From: a virus
Lineage: Duplodnaviria > Heunggongvirae > Uroviricota > Caudoviricetes
Virus record (IMG/VR): IMGVR_UViG_2681813454_000002
Location: 1 to 46,959 of that record
Reading direction: 5' to 3' (one strand)
Length of the DNA: 46,959 nucleotides
The notes under the pieces: model-generated
Database searches by the model: none
What the model was told of the DNA's origin: nothing
What the model saw: the letters and a program-made list of their open reading frames with translations, nothing else
Position numbers and translations under genes: made by a program
Part shown: positions 28,993-38,692 of the stretch, piece after piece
Layout of the letters: each line of letters starts with the position of its first letter
Numbering within the stretch: the first letter of the stretch is position 1

Positions 28993-30018
28993 ATGTCGAT
29001 GTACACAACCGCCCAGCTGCTGGCGGCAAATGAGCAGAAATTTAAGTTTGATCCGCTGTTTCTGCGTCTCTTTTTCCGTGAGAGCTATCCCTTCACCACG
29101 GAGAAAGTCTATCTCTCACAAATTCCGGGACTGGTAAACATGGCGCTGTACGTTTCGCCGATTGTTTCCGGTGAGGTTATCCGTTCCCGTGGCGGCTCCA
29201 CCTCTGAATTTACGCCGGGATATGTCAAGCCGAAGCATGAGGTGAATCCGCAGATGACCCTGCGTCGCCTGCCGGATGAAGATCCGCAGAATCTGGCGGA
29301 CCCGGCTTACCGCCGCCGTCGCATCATCATGCAGAACATGCGTGACGAAGAGCTGGCCATTGCCCAGGTCGAAGAGATGCAGGCAGTTTCTGCCGTGCTT
29401 AAGGGCAAATACACCATGACCGGTGAAGCCTTTGATCCGGTTGAGGTGGATATGGGCCGCAGTGCGGCGAACAACATCACACAGTCCGGCGGCACGGAGT
29501 GGAGCAAGCGTGACAAGTCCACGTATGACCCGACCGACGATATCGAAGCCTACGCGCTGAACGCCAGCGGCGTGGTGAATATCATTGTGTTTGACCCGAA
29601 AGGCTGGGCGCTGTTCCGTTCCTTCAAAGCCGTCAGGGAGAAGCTGGATACCCGTCGCGGCTCTCATTCCGAACTGGAGACAGCGGTAAAAGACCTGGGC
29701 AAAGCGGTGTCTTATAAGGGAATGTATGGCGATGTGGCCATCGTCGTGTATTCCGGACAGTACGTGGAAAACGGCGTCAAAAAGAACTTCCTGCCGGACA
29801 ACACGATGGTGCTGGGTAACACTCATGCACGCGGTCTGCGCACCTATGGCTGCATTCAGGATGCGGATGCACAGCGCGAAGGCATTAACGCCTCTGCCCG
29901 TTACCCGAAAAACTGGGTGACCACCGGCGATCCGGCGCGTGAGTTCACCATGATTCAGTCAGCACCGCTGATGCTGCTGGCTGACCCTGATGAGTTCGTT
30001 TCCGTACAACTGGCGTAA
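28993..30018 (+). CDS. E: Major capsid protein E
   Basis: 341 aa, lambda gpE-like. Confidence 0.95.
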   Translation: MSMYTTAQLLAANEQKFKFDPLFLRLFFRESYPFTTEKVYLSQIPGLVNMALYVSPIVSGEVIRSRGGSTSEFTPGYVKPKHEVNPQMTLRRLPDEDPQNLADPAYRRRRIIMQNMRDEELAIAQVEEMQAVSAVLKGKYTMTGEAFDPVEVDMGRSAANNITQSGGTEWSKRDKSTYDPTDDIEAYALNASGVVNIIVFDPKGWALFRSFKAVREKLDTRRGSHSELETAVKDLGKAVSYKGMYGDVAIVVYSGQYVENGVKKNFLPDNTMVLGNTHARGLRTYGCIQDADAQREGINASARYPKNWVTTGDPAREFTMIQSAPLMLLADPDEFVSVQLA

Positions 30019-30022
30019 TCGT

Positions 30023-30045
30023 GGCCCTTCGGGGCCATTTTCTCT
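30023..30045 (+). terminator. Hairpin plus T-rich tract after E
   Basis: GGCCC-TTCG-GGGCC followed by ATTTTCTCTCT. Confidence 0.4.
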
Positions 30046-30059
30046 CTGTGGAGGAGTTC

Positions 30060-30446
30060 ATGACGAAAGATGAACTGATTGCCCGTCTTCAGGAGCTGGG
30101 TGAGCAACTGAACCGTGATGTCAGCCTGACGGGAACGAAAGAAGAACTGGCGCTCCGTGTGGCAGAGCTGGAAGAGGAGCTTGATGACACTGCCGATCAG
30201 GATACCCCTATCAGCCCGGAAAATGCGCTGACCGGACATGAAAATGAGGTTGTATCAGCGCAGCCGGATACCGTGACTGATACGGCTGATCTGGTCACGG
30301 TTGTGGCACTGGTGACGCTGCATACTGATGCACTTCACGCCACGCGGGATGACACTGTGGCATTTGTGCTGCCGGGAACGGCGTTCCGTGTCTCTGCCGG
30401 TGTGGCAGCCGAAATGACAGAACGCGGCCTGGCCAGAATGCAATAA
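30060..30446 (+). CDS. FI: DNA packaging / head completion protein FI
   Basis: MTKDELIARLQELGEQLNRDVSLTG.. lambda FI-like; RBS GAGGAG. Confidence 0.9.
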   Translation: MTKDELIARLQELGEQLNRDVSLTGTKEELALRVAELEEELDDTADQDTPISPENALTGHENEVVSAQPDTVTDTADLVTVVALVTLHTDALHATRDDTVAFVLPGTAFRVSAGVAAEMTERGLARMQ

Positions 30447-30457
30447 CGGGAGGCGCT

Positions 30458-30811
30458 GTGGCTGATTTCGATAACCTGTTCGATGCTGCCATTGCCCGCG
30501 CCGATGAAACGATACGCGGGTACATGGGAACGTCAGCCACCATGACATCCGGTGAGCAGTCCGGCGCAGTAATACGTGGTGTTTTTGATGACCCTGAAAA
30601 TATCAGCTATGCCGGACAGGGCGTGCGCGTTGAAGGCTCCAGCCCGTCCCTGTTTGTCCGGACTGATGATGTGCGGCAACTGCGGCGTGGAGACACGCTG
30701 ACCATCGGTGAGGAAAACTTCTGGATAGACCGGGTTTCGCCGGATGATGGTGGAAGCTGTCATCTCTGGCTCAACCGTGGGCAACCACCCGCTGTTAACC
30801 GGCGACGATAA
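30458..30811 (+). CDS. FII: Head-tail connector protein FII
   Basis: 117 aa, lambda FII-like; GTG start after GGGAGG. Confidence 0.9.
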   Translation: MADFDNLFDAAIARADETIRGYMGTSATMTSGEQSGAVIRGVFDDPENISYAGQGVRVEGSSPSLFVRTDDVRQLRRGDTLTIGEENFWIDRVSPDDGGSCHLWLNRGQPPAVNRRR

Positions 30812-30826
30812 ACGCAGGGTGAAATT

Positions 30827-31402
30827 ATGGCGATAAAAGGGCTTGATCAGGCGATTGATAATCTGAGCCGGGTTCGTAAAAACGCCATTCCGGCGGCTTC
30901 AGCAATGACGATTAACCGCGTGGCCACAACGGCGATTAATCAGTCTTCGTCACAGGTTGCCCGGGAAACCAGGGTGAGACGGAAACTGGTAAAGGAACGG
31001 TCCAGACTGAAACGGGCGACGGTCAGAAATCCGAATGCCAGAATTATCGTTAACCGCGGTGATCTCCCTGTGATTAAGCTGGGGATCAGAATGCTGGGAC
31101 GTCGTCCGAACAGCATACTCAAAGCCGGTCAGCATCGTTATCAGCGGGCATTTATCCAGCGATTAAATAATGGGCGCTGGCATGTTATGCAACGTCTTCC
31201 CCAGGCCAGATATGAGGAGGGCAATGACGACAAGGGAAGGAAAAAGCGTAATCGCCTTCCCATTCAGGTGGTGAAAATCCCGATGGCGGCCCCACTGAAA
31301 CAGGCATTTGATGAGAATGTTGACCGTATCCGGCGTGAACGCCTGCCTAAAGAACTGGCATACGCGCTGAAACAACAACTGAGGATTGCAATAAAACGAT
31401 GA
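30827..31402 (+). CDS. Z: Tail completion protein Z
   Basis: N- and C-termini lambda Z-like; central segment differs. Confidence 0.85.
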   Translation: MAIKGLDQAIDNLSRVRKNAIPAASAMTINRVATTAINQSSSQVARETRVRRKLVKERSRLKRATVRNPNARIIVNRGDLPVIKLGIRMLGRRPNSILKAGQHRYQRAFIQRLNNGRWHVMQRLPQARYEEGNDDKGRKKRNRLPIQVVKIPMAAPLKQAFDENVDRIRRERLPKELAYALKQQLRIAIKR

Positions 31403-31794
31403 AACACACTGACATTCGTGCCGCAGTGCTGGATGCACTCGAGCAGCATGAACACGGGGCGACGCTGTTTGATGGTCGCCCCGTTGTTTTTGACGAAGAG
31501 GATTTTCCTGCGATCGCGGTTTATCTGACGGATGCAGAGTATACCGGTGAAGAGCTGGATGCAGATACCTGGCGGGCCACGCTGCATATTGAGGTGTTTT
31601 TACCGGCACAGGTACCGGATTCAGAGCTTGATCAGTGGATGGAAAGCCGGATTTACCCGGCGATGACTGCGATCCCGGCACTGGCAGGACTGATTACCAC
31701 GATGGTTACGCAGGGCTATGAGTATCGTCGTGATGACGATATGGCGTTATGGAGTTCTGCAGATCTGACTTATTCCATTACATACGAGATGTGA
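31399..31794 (+). CDS. U: Tail terminator protein U
   Basis: 131 aa, lambda gpU-like. Confidence 0.95.
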   Translation: MKHTDIRAAVLDALEQHEHGATLFDGRPVVFDEEDFPAIAVYLTDAEYTGEELDADTWRATLHIEVFLPAQVPDSELDQWMESRIYPAMTAIPALAGLITTMVTQGYEYRRDDDMALWSSADLTYSITYEM

Positions 31795-31801
31795 GGACGA
31801 T

Positions 31802-32554
31802 ATGGCAACACCAAATCCCCTTGAGCCGGTAAAAGGTGCCGGTACCACTCTGTGGGTTTACAACGGCAAGGGTGATGCTTATGCAAACCCGTTGTCAGAC
31901 GATGACTGGCAGCGACTGGCTAAGGTGAAGGATCTGACGCCGGGCGAGATGACGGCAGAATCCTACGATGATAACTACCTGGATGATGAAGACGCGGACT
32001 GGACCGCGACCGGTCAGGGGCAGAAATCTGCAGGTGATACCAGTTTTACGCTGGCCTGGAAACCGGGAGAGGAAGGCCAGAAAGGGCTTATAGGCTGGTT
32101 TGAAAGCGGCGATGTCCGGGCCTATAAAATCCGTTTTCCGAATGGCACGGTGGATGTGTTTCGTGGCTGGGTCAGCAGTATCGGTAAGGCCGTGACGGCG
32201 AAAGAAGTGATCACCCGCACGGTGAAAGTCACTAACGTGGGTAAACCTTCTGTAGCGGAAGAACGCAGCAAAATTACGCCGGTCAGTGCGATTAAGGTGA
32301 CGCCGACATCCGGTACGGTGGCAAAAGGGAAAACAACCACCCTGACGGTTTCTTTTGAGCCGGAAAGTGCAACCGACAAGACGTTCAGAGCGGTTTCCGC
32401 CGATCCGTCGAAAGCCACCATTAGTGTGAAAGATATGACAATTACGGTAAACGGCGTGGCGACAGGTAAGGTGCAGATCCCTGTGGTGAGCGGAAATGGT
32501 CAGTTCGCCGCAGTGGCTGAAGTCACCGTTACTGAAGCGGGCGCTGCAGGGTAA
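31802..32554 (+). CDS. V: Major tail protein V
   Basis: 250 aa, lambda gpV-like with a C-terminal Ig-like region. Confidence 0.95.
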   Translation: MATPNPLEPVKGAGTTLWVYNGKGDAYANPLSDDDWQRLAKVKDLTPGEMTAESYDDNYLDDEDADWTATGQGQKSAGDTSFTLAWKPGEEGQKGLIGWFESGDVRAYKIRFPNGTVDVFRGWVSSIGKAVTAKEVITRTVKVTNVGKPSVAEERSKITPVSAIKVTPTSGTVAKGKTTTLTVSFEPESATDKTFRAVSADPSKATISVKDMTITVNGVATGKVQIPVVSGNGQFAAVAEVTVTEAGAAG

Positions 32555-32567
32555 ACGGAGGTAATAC

Positions 32568-32999
32568 ATGTTTCTGAAAACAGAACAATTTGAATATAAC
32601 GGTGTGTCTGTCACGCTTTCCGAATTGTCTGCGCTGCAGCGTATCGAGCATCTTGCTCTCCTGAAACGGCGTGCAGAACAGGCAGAATCCTGCGGCAACC
32701 TGCAGGTAAGCGTGGAAGATCTCGTCAGAACAGGCGCGTTTCTGGTGGCGATGTCCCTGTGGCATAACCATCCACAGAAAACGCAGTCACCGTCAATGAA
32801 TGAGGCCGTGATGAAGATAGAGCAGGAAGTGCTCACCACCTGGCCTGCCGATGCCATTGCCCGGGCGGAAGACGTGGTGTTGTGCCTGTCCGGGATGATC
32901 GAAGCTGTTCGTCCGGATACTGATATTACTGAAGTGGCGAAAAATAACACGCTGACTGATGATTATTTTTCTGCGGGAAAGTCTTCGACGGCGAGCTGA
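32568..32999 (+). CDS. G: Tail assembly chaperone G
   Basis: 143 aa, lambda gpG-like; slippery heptamer GGGAAAG near the 3' end. Confidence 0.9.
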   Translation: MFLKTEQFEYNGVSVTLSELSALQRIEHLALLKRRAEQAESCGNLQVSVEDLVRTGAFLVAMSLWHNHPQKTQSPSMNEAVMKIEQEVLTTWPADAIARAEDVVLCLSGMIEAVRPDTDITEVAKNNTLTDDYFSAGKSSTAS

Positions 33000-33439
33000 A
33001 CTTTGCCCTCAGACTGGCGCGTGAGATGGGGAGACCCGACTGGCGCGCCATGCTTGCCGGGATGACATCCACCGAATATGCCGACTGGCACCGTTTTTAC
33101 CGCACGCATTATTTTCAGGATACCCAGCTGGATATGCATTTTTCCGGGCTGACGTACGCTGTACTCAGCCTGTTTTTTTGCGATCCGGATATGCATCCCT
33201 CTGATTTCAGTCTGCTTGTCCCCCGGCATGAGGAAGAGCAGGTGGAGAGGCCGGATGAGGACAAAATGCTGATGCAGAAAGCGGCAGGACTTGCCGGAGG
33301 CGTCCGGTTCGGTGGGGACGGAGGGCGCGATATTTTATCGTCTGCGGATGTGGCGGATGTCATGGTGGATGATGCCGCATTAATGATGGCTTCAGCGGGG
33401 ATTCCGGGAGGTGTGAGATATGTCCCAGCCGGTTGGTGA
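32568..33439 (+). CDS. T: Tail assembly chaperone G-T fusion (programmed -1 frameshift at GGGAAAG, 32975-32981)
   Basis: T frame (..MGRPDWRAMLAGMTSTEYADWHRF..) opens in the -1 frame across the slip site and ends at 33439 overlapping H. Confidence 0.8.
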
Positions 33440-35993
33440 TCTTGTTATTGACCTGAGTCTGGATGCTGTCCGTTTCGATGAGCAGATGAGCCGGGTAAGG
33501 CGTCATTTTTCAGGTCTGGATACCGACGCCAGAAAAACCGCCAGTGCTGTTGAACAGGGCCTGAGCCGCCAGGCGCTGGCTGCACAAAAAGCCGGGATTT
33601 CCGTCGGGCAGTATAAAGCGGCCATGCGAACCCTGCCCGCACAGTTTACGGATATCGCCACGCAGCTTGCAGGTGGTCAGAATCCCTGGCTGATCCTGCT
33701 GCAACAGGGCGGTCAGGTGAAGGACTCCTTCGGCGGGATGATCCCCATGTTCAGGGGGCTTGCCGGTGCGATCACCCTGCCGATGGTCGGGGTCACCTCG
33801 CTGGCGGTGGCGACAGGTGCGCTGGTGTACGCCTGGTACCAGGGAGATTCCACGCTTTCAGCGTTTAATAAAACCCTGGTTCTTTCCGGTAATCAGTCCG
33901 GACTGACTGCCGATCGTATGCTGACTCTCTCAAGAGCCGGGCAGGCAGCAGGGCTGACGTTTAACCAGGCGAGAGAGTCACTGGCAGCCCTGGTGAATGC
34001 CGGTGTGCGTGGTGGTGAACAGTTTGATGCCATCAACCAGAGTGTCGCGCGTTTTGCGTCTGCATCCGGTGTGGAGGTGGATAAAGTCGCTGAAGCCTTC
34101 GGGAAGCTGACCACTGACCCGACGTCGGGACTGATGGCGATGGCGCGCCAGTTCCGTAACGTGACGGCAGAGCAGATTGCGTATGTTGCACAGCTGCAGC
34201 GTTCCGGAGACGAGGCCGGGGCATTGCAGGCGGCGAACGATATCGCCACGAAAGGCTTTGATGAGCAGACCCGTCGCCTGAAAGAAAACATGGGAACACT
34301 GGAGACCTGGGCGGATAAAACAGGGAAGGCATTCAAATCGATGTGGGATGCCATTCTGGATATCGGTCGTCCTGAATCCTCAGCGGATATGCTCGCCAGT
34401 GCGCAGAAGGCATTTGATGAGGCGGATAAAAAATGGCAGTGGTACCAGAGCCGGAGCCAGCGCCGGGGAAAGACCTCCTCTTTTCGTGCGAACCTTCAGG
34501 GGGCATGGGATGACCGGGAAAATGCCCGTCTGGGTCTGGCAGCGGCCACGCTGCAGTCGGATATGGAAAAAGCCGGTGAACTGGCGGCAAGGGACCGGGC
34601 TGAGCGTGAGGCGTCACAGCTGAAGTATACCGGAGAGGCGCAGAAGGCGTATGAGCGCCTGCAGACGCCGCTGGATAAATATACCGCCCGTCAGAAAGAG
34701 CTGAATAAGGCCCTGAAAGACGGAAAAATCCTGCAGGCGGATTACAACACGCTGATGGCGTCGGCAAAAAAGGATTATGAATCGACGCTGAAAAAGCCGT
34801 CAGGTGTGAAGGTGTCTGCCGGTGAGCGCCAGGAAGACCGGGCGCATGCAGCCATGCTGGCGCTTGAAACCGAGCTCAGGACGCTGGAAAAACACAGCGG
34901 TGTGAATGAGAAAATCAGCCAGCAGCGCCGGGATTTATGGGAAGCGGAAAATCAGTATGTGGTCCTGAAAGAGGCCGCCACGAAACGGCAGTTATCTGAG
35001 CAGGAAAAATCCCTGCTGGCCCATGAGAAAGAAACGCTGGAGTACAAACGCCAGCTTGCTGAGCTGGGCGACAAGATTGAACACCAGAAACGGCTGAATG
35101 AGCTGGCACAGCAGGCGGCGCGGTTTGAACAGCAGCAGAGCGCGAAGCAGGCGGCAATCAGCGCAAAAGCCCGCGGCCTCACTGACCGTCAGGCGCAGCG
35201 GGAGTCGGAAGAGCAGCGCCTTCGTGAGGTGTACGGTGATAATCCGGCTGCGCTGGCGAAGGCCACATCTGCACTGAAGAACACCTGGTCTGCGGAGGAG
35301 CAGCTTCGTGGAAGCTGGATGGCCGGGATGAAGTCCGGCTGGGGCGAGTGGGCGGAAAGTGCGAAGGACAGTTTTTCGCAGGTTAAAAACGCGGCCACGC
35401 AGACCTTTGACGGTATTGCACAGAATATGGCAGCGATGCTGACCGGCAGCGAACAGAACTGGCGTGGTTTCACCCGTTCCGTGCTGTCCATGCTGACAGA
35501 GATTTTTCTGAAGCAGGCGATGGTGGGGATAGTCGGGAGTATCGGCAGCGCCATTGGCGGGGCTGTTGGTGGCGGCGCATCCGCGTCAGGCGGTACAGCC
35601 ATTCAGGCTGCGGCGGCGAACTTCCATTTCGCGACCGGGGGATTTACGGGGACGGGGGGTAAATATGAACCTGCGGGGATTGTTCATCGCGGGGAGTTTG
35701 TCTTCACGAAGGAGGCGACCAGCCGGATTGGTGTCGGCAATCTGTACCGCCTGATGCGGGGCTATGCGGAAGGTGGTTATGTCGGCGGTGCCGGAAGTCC
35801 GGCGCAGATGCGGCGGGCGGAAGGCATTAATTTTAATCAGAACAATCACGTGGTGATTCAGAACGACGGCCCCAACGGGCGGGCAGGGCCGCAGCTGATG
35901 AAAGCGGTGTATGAGATGGCCCGCAAGGGGGCACAGGATGAACTCCGGCTGCAGTTGCGTGATGGCGGTATGTTATCAGGGAGCGGTGGATGA
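33420..35993 (+). CDS. H: Tail tape measure protein H
   Basis: 857 aa, lambda gpH-like. Confidence 0.95.
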   Translation: MSQPVGDLVIDLSLDAVRFDEQMSRVRRHFSGLDTDARKTASAVEQGLSRQALAAQKAGISVGQYKAAMRTLPAQFTDIATQLAGGQNPWLILLQQGGQVKDSFGGMIPMFRGLAGAITLPMVGVTSLAVATGALVYAWYQGDSTLSAFNKTLVLSGNQSGLTADRMLTLSRAGQAAGLTFNQARESLAALVNAGVRGGEQFDAINQSVARFASASGVEVDKVAEAFGKLTTDPTSGLMAMARQFRNVTAEQIAYVAQLQRSGDEAGALQAANDIATKGFDEQTRRLKENMGTLETWADKTGKAFKSMWDAILDIGRPESSADMLASAQKAFDEADKKWQWYQSRSQRRGKTSSFRANLQGAWDDRENARLGLAAATLQSDMEKAGELAARDRAEREASQLKYTGEAQKAYERLQTPLDKYTARQKELNKALKDGKILQADYNTLMASAKKDYESTLKKPSGVKVSAGERQEDRAHAAMLALETELRTLEKHSGVNEKISQQRRDLWEAENQYVVLKEAATKRQLSEQEKSLLAHEKETLEYKRQLAELGDKIEHQKRLNELAQQAARFEQQQSAKQAAISAKARGLTDRQAQRESEEQRLREVYGDNPAALAKATSALKNTWSAEEQLRGSWMAGMKSGWGEWAESAKDSFSQVKNAATQTFDGIAQNMAAMLTGSEQNWRGFTRSVLSMLTEIFLKQAMVGIVGSIGSAIGGAVGGGASASGGTAIQAAAANFHFATGGFTGTGGKYEPAGIVHRGEFVFTKEATSRIGVGNLYRLMRGYAEGGYVGGAGSPAQMRRAEGINFNQNNHVVIQNDGPNGRAGPQLMKAVYEMARKGAQDELRLQLRDGGMLSGSGG

Positions 35994-36319
35994 AAACCTT
36001 TCGCTGGAAAGTGAAGCCGGATATGGAGGTGAACTCGCAGCCATCGGTGCGTGAAGTGCGTTTTGGTGACGGGTACTCACAGCGTATGGCGGCAGGGCTG
36101 AATGCTGACCTGAAAACATACAGGGTGACGCTTTCCGTGACCCGGGAGGAGGCCCGGCATCTGGAAGCGTTCCTGGCAGAGCACGGTGGCTGGAAGGCAT
36201 TTTTGTGGAAGCCACCCTATGCATACCGGCAGATAAAGGTGACCTGTGCCGGGTGGTCTGCGCGGGTCGGGATGTTGCGCGTTGAGTTCAGCGCGGAGTT
36301 TAAGCAGGTGGTGAACTGA
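35990..36319 (+). CDS. M: Tail tip protein M
   Basis: 109 aa, lambda gpM-like. Confidence 0.95.
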   Translation: MKTFRWKVKPDMEVNSQPSVREVRFGDGYSQRMAAGLNADLKTYRVTLSVTREEARHLEAFLAEHGGWKAFLWKPPYAYRQIKVTCAGWSARVGMLRVEFSAEFKQVVN

Positions 36320-37017
36320 TGCAGGATATTCGAGAAGAAAGTCTGAACGAGTCGGTTAAGTCAGAGCAGTCACCGCGGGTGGTACTCTGGGAAATCGACC
36401 TGACGGTACAGGGTGGTGAGCGGTATTTTTTCTGTAATGAGCTGAATGAAAAAGGGGAGCCGGTCACCTGGCAGGGGCGTAAGTATGAGGCATACCCGAT
36501 TGACGGCAGCGGCTTTGAGATGAACGGCCGGGGCAGCAGTGCCAGACCGTCGCTGACGGTGTCCAATCTGTTCGGTCTGGTCACCGGGATGGCGGAAGAC
36601 CTGCAGAGTCTGGTGGGGGCCACGGTGGTCCGCCGCCGGGTGTATGCCCGTTTTCTGGATGCGGTGAATTTCGTTGCGGGCAATCCGGAGGCGGACCCGG
36701 AGCAGGAGCTGAGTGACCGCTGGGTGGTGGAGCAGATGTCGCAGCTGACAGCCATGACGGCCTCGTTTGTGCTGGCTACACCGACCGAGACGGACGGGGC
36801 GCTGTTTCCCGGTCGCATCATGCTGGCGAACACCTGTATGTGGGATTACCGGGGAGATGAATGCGGGTATAACGGTCCTGCGGTGGCGGATGAGTTCGAC
36901 AACCCCACCACGGATATCCGTAAGGACAGATGCAGCAAGTGCATGCGCGGGTGTGAACTGCGCAGGAATGTCGGCAATTTTGGCGGTTTCCTTTCCATTA
37001 ATAAACTTTCGCAGTAA
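36319..37017 (+). CDS. L: Tail tip protein L
   Basis: 232 aa, lambda gpL-like. Confidence 0.95.
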   Translation: MQDIREESLNESVKSEQSPRVVLWEIDLTVQGGERYFFCNELNEKGEPVTWQGRKYEAYPIDGSGFEMNGRGSSARPSLTVSNLFGLVTGMAEDLQSLVGATVVRRRVYARFLDAVNFVAGNPEADPEQELSDRWVVEQMSQLTAMTASFVLATPTETDGALFPGRIMLANTCMWDYRGDECGYNGPAVADEFDNPTTDIRKDRCSKCMRGCELRRNVGNFGGFLSINKLSQ

Positions 37018-37027
37018 ATCCCGGTTT

Positions 37028-37771
37028 ATGACACAGACTGAATCAGCGATTCTGGCGCATGCCCGGCGGTGTGCGCCTGCGGAGTCGTGCGGCTTCGTGA
37101 TAAGCACGCCGGAGGGGGAGTGGTATATCCCTTGTGTGAATATTTCTGCAGAGCCGGAGGCGTATTTTCGTATCGCACCGGAAGACTGGCTGCGGGCAGA
37201 GATGCAGGGGGAGATTGTGGCACTGGTCCACAGTCATCCCGGTGGGCTGCCCTGGCTGAGCGAGGCTGACCGGCGGCTGCAGATAAAAAGCGCACTGCCC
37301 TGGTGGCTGGTCTGCCGGGGTGACATTCACAAATTCCGCTGCGTGCCGCACCTGACGGGACGGCGCTTTGAGCACGGGGTGACGGACTGTTACACCCTGT
37401 TCCGGGATGCATACCATCTGGCGGGGACTGAAATGCCGGATTTTCATCGCGAGGATGACTGGTGGCGCCACGGTCAGAACCTTTACCTGGACAATATGGC
37501 GGTCACCGGCTTTTACCGGGTGCCCCTGTCCTCTGCACAGGCGGGCGATATTCTGCTGTGCTGCTTTGGTGCTTCGGTACCGAACCATGCCGCCATTTAC
37601 TGCGGCAACGGTGAGCTGCTTCACCATCTGCCTGAACAACTGAGTAAACGGGAGAGGTATTCCGAAAAATGGCAACGACGAACGCATTCTGTCTGGCGTC
37701 ACCGCCACTGGCACGCATCTGCCTTCACGGGGATTTGCAACGATTTGGCCGCCGCCTCAGCCTGTATGTGA
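37028..37771 (+). CDS. K: Tail tip assembly protein K (NlpC/P60-like)
   Basis: MTQTESAILAHARRCAPAESCGFV.. lambda gpK-like; the 3' end overlaps I, so the exact stop is uncertain. Confidence 0.85.
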   Translation: MTQTESAILAHARRCAPAESCGFVISTPEGEWYIPCVNISAEPEAYFRIAPEDWLRAEMQGEIVALVHSHPGGLPWLSEADRRLQIKSALPWWLVCRGDIHKFRCVPHLTGRRFEHGVTDCYTLFRDAYHLAGTEMPDFHREDDWWRHGQNLYLDNMAVTGFYRVPLSSAQAGDILLCCFGASVPNHAAIYCGNGELLHHLPEQLSKRERYSEKWQRRTHSVWRHRHWHASAFTGICNDLAAASACM

Positions 37772-38349
37772 ACACGGCAGCGGAAGCCATTCGCGCCCTG
37801 TCGATGCAGATGCCGGGCTTTCGCCGTCAGATGAACGAAGGCTGGTACCAGATACGTATTGCCGGTGATGACACGGCACCGGAGGCGGTGTATGCCCGTC
37901 TTCACGAACAGCTGGGTGAGGGAACGGTCATCCACATTGTGCCGCGACTGGCCGGGGCCGGAAAGGGTGGACTGCAGATTGTGCTGGGGGCGGCAGCCAT
38001 CGTGGGCTCTTTCTTCACGGCCGGAGGCTCGATGGCGTTATGGGGTACAGCCCTGAGTGCCGGTGGTTTTTCTGCCACCACGATGCTGTTTTCACTGGGT
38101 GCCAGCATGATACTGGGCGGAGTGGCCCAGATGCTGGCCCCGAAGGCAAAAACACCGGATTACCGCGCAACGGATAACGGCAGACAGAACACGTACTTTT
38201 CCTCGCTGGATAACATGATTGCCCAGGGGAACCCGATGCCGGTGCCTTACGGGGAAATGCTGGTTGGCTCCCGCCGTATATCCCAGGACATCAGCACCCG
38301 TGATGAAGGCGGGGGCGGAAAGGTCGTGGTTATCGGGCGGCAGGGGTAA
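37669..38349 (+). CDS. I: Tail tip assembly protein I
   Basis: 226 aa, lambda gpI-like. Confidence 0.9.
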   Translation: MATTNAFCLASPPLARICLHGDLQRFGRRLSLYVNTAAEAIRALSMQMPGFRRQMNEGWYQIRIAGDDTAPEAVYARLHEQLGEGTVIHIVPRLAGAGKGGLQIVLGAAAIVGSFFTAGGSMALWGTALSAGGFSATTMLFSLGASMILGGVAQMLAPKAKTPDYRATDNGRQNTYFSSLDNMIAQGNPMPVPYGEMLVGSRRISQDISTRDEGGGGKVVVIGRQG

Positions 38350-38692
38350 AAAGAATAAAAAAATCCCGCAGTGATCGCGGACAGGAACTGCGGGAGAGTT
38401 ACGAAGATTAAGTGTAAGGAATTATTCTTATATCACGACAAAAAAATTAACGCAGAGAAATTATACGCGCCACAGTCAGTGTGTGAAAATGTGAAGATAT
38501 TCAGAATTTTTATGCCATTACCGGTTTTAACCAACAGGATTATCGGTGGGCATGAAAGAAAACCCCGGTATCTGCTGATACCGGGGTTTCTCTTTAGCAT
38601 GGCAGAAATGTGTTTCATGCTTTTCGGGCGAAGGATATCCGACTTCTGTACGGAATGGCAAGTGGCGGTTAATTTATTCAGGGGAAGGCTGT

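Noticed and set aside
31895-32950. 351-aa minus-strand ORF
   Set aside because: Antisense to V and G; no RBS and overlaps confidently called tail genes
36370-37107. 245-aa minus-strand ORF
   Set aside because: Antisense to lambda-like L and K; Arg-rich nonsense translation
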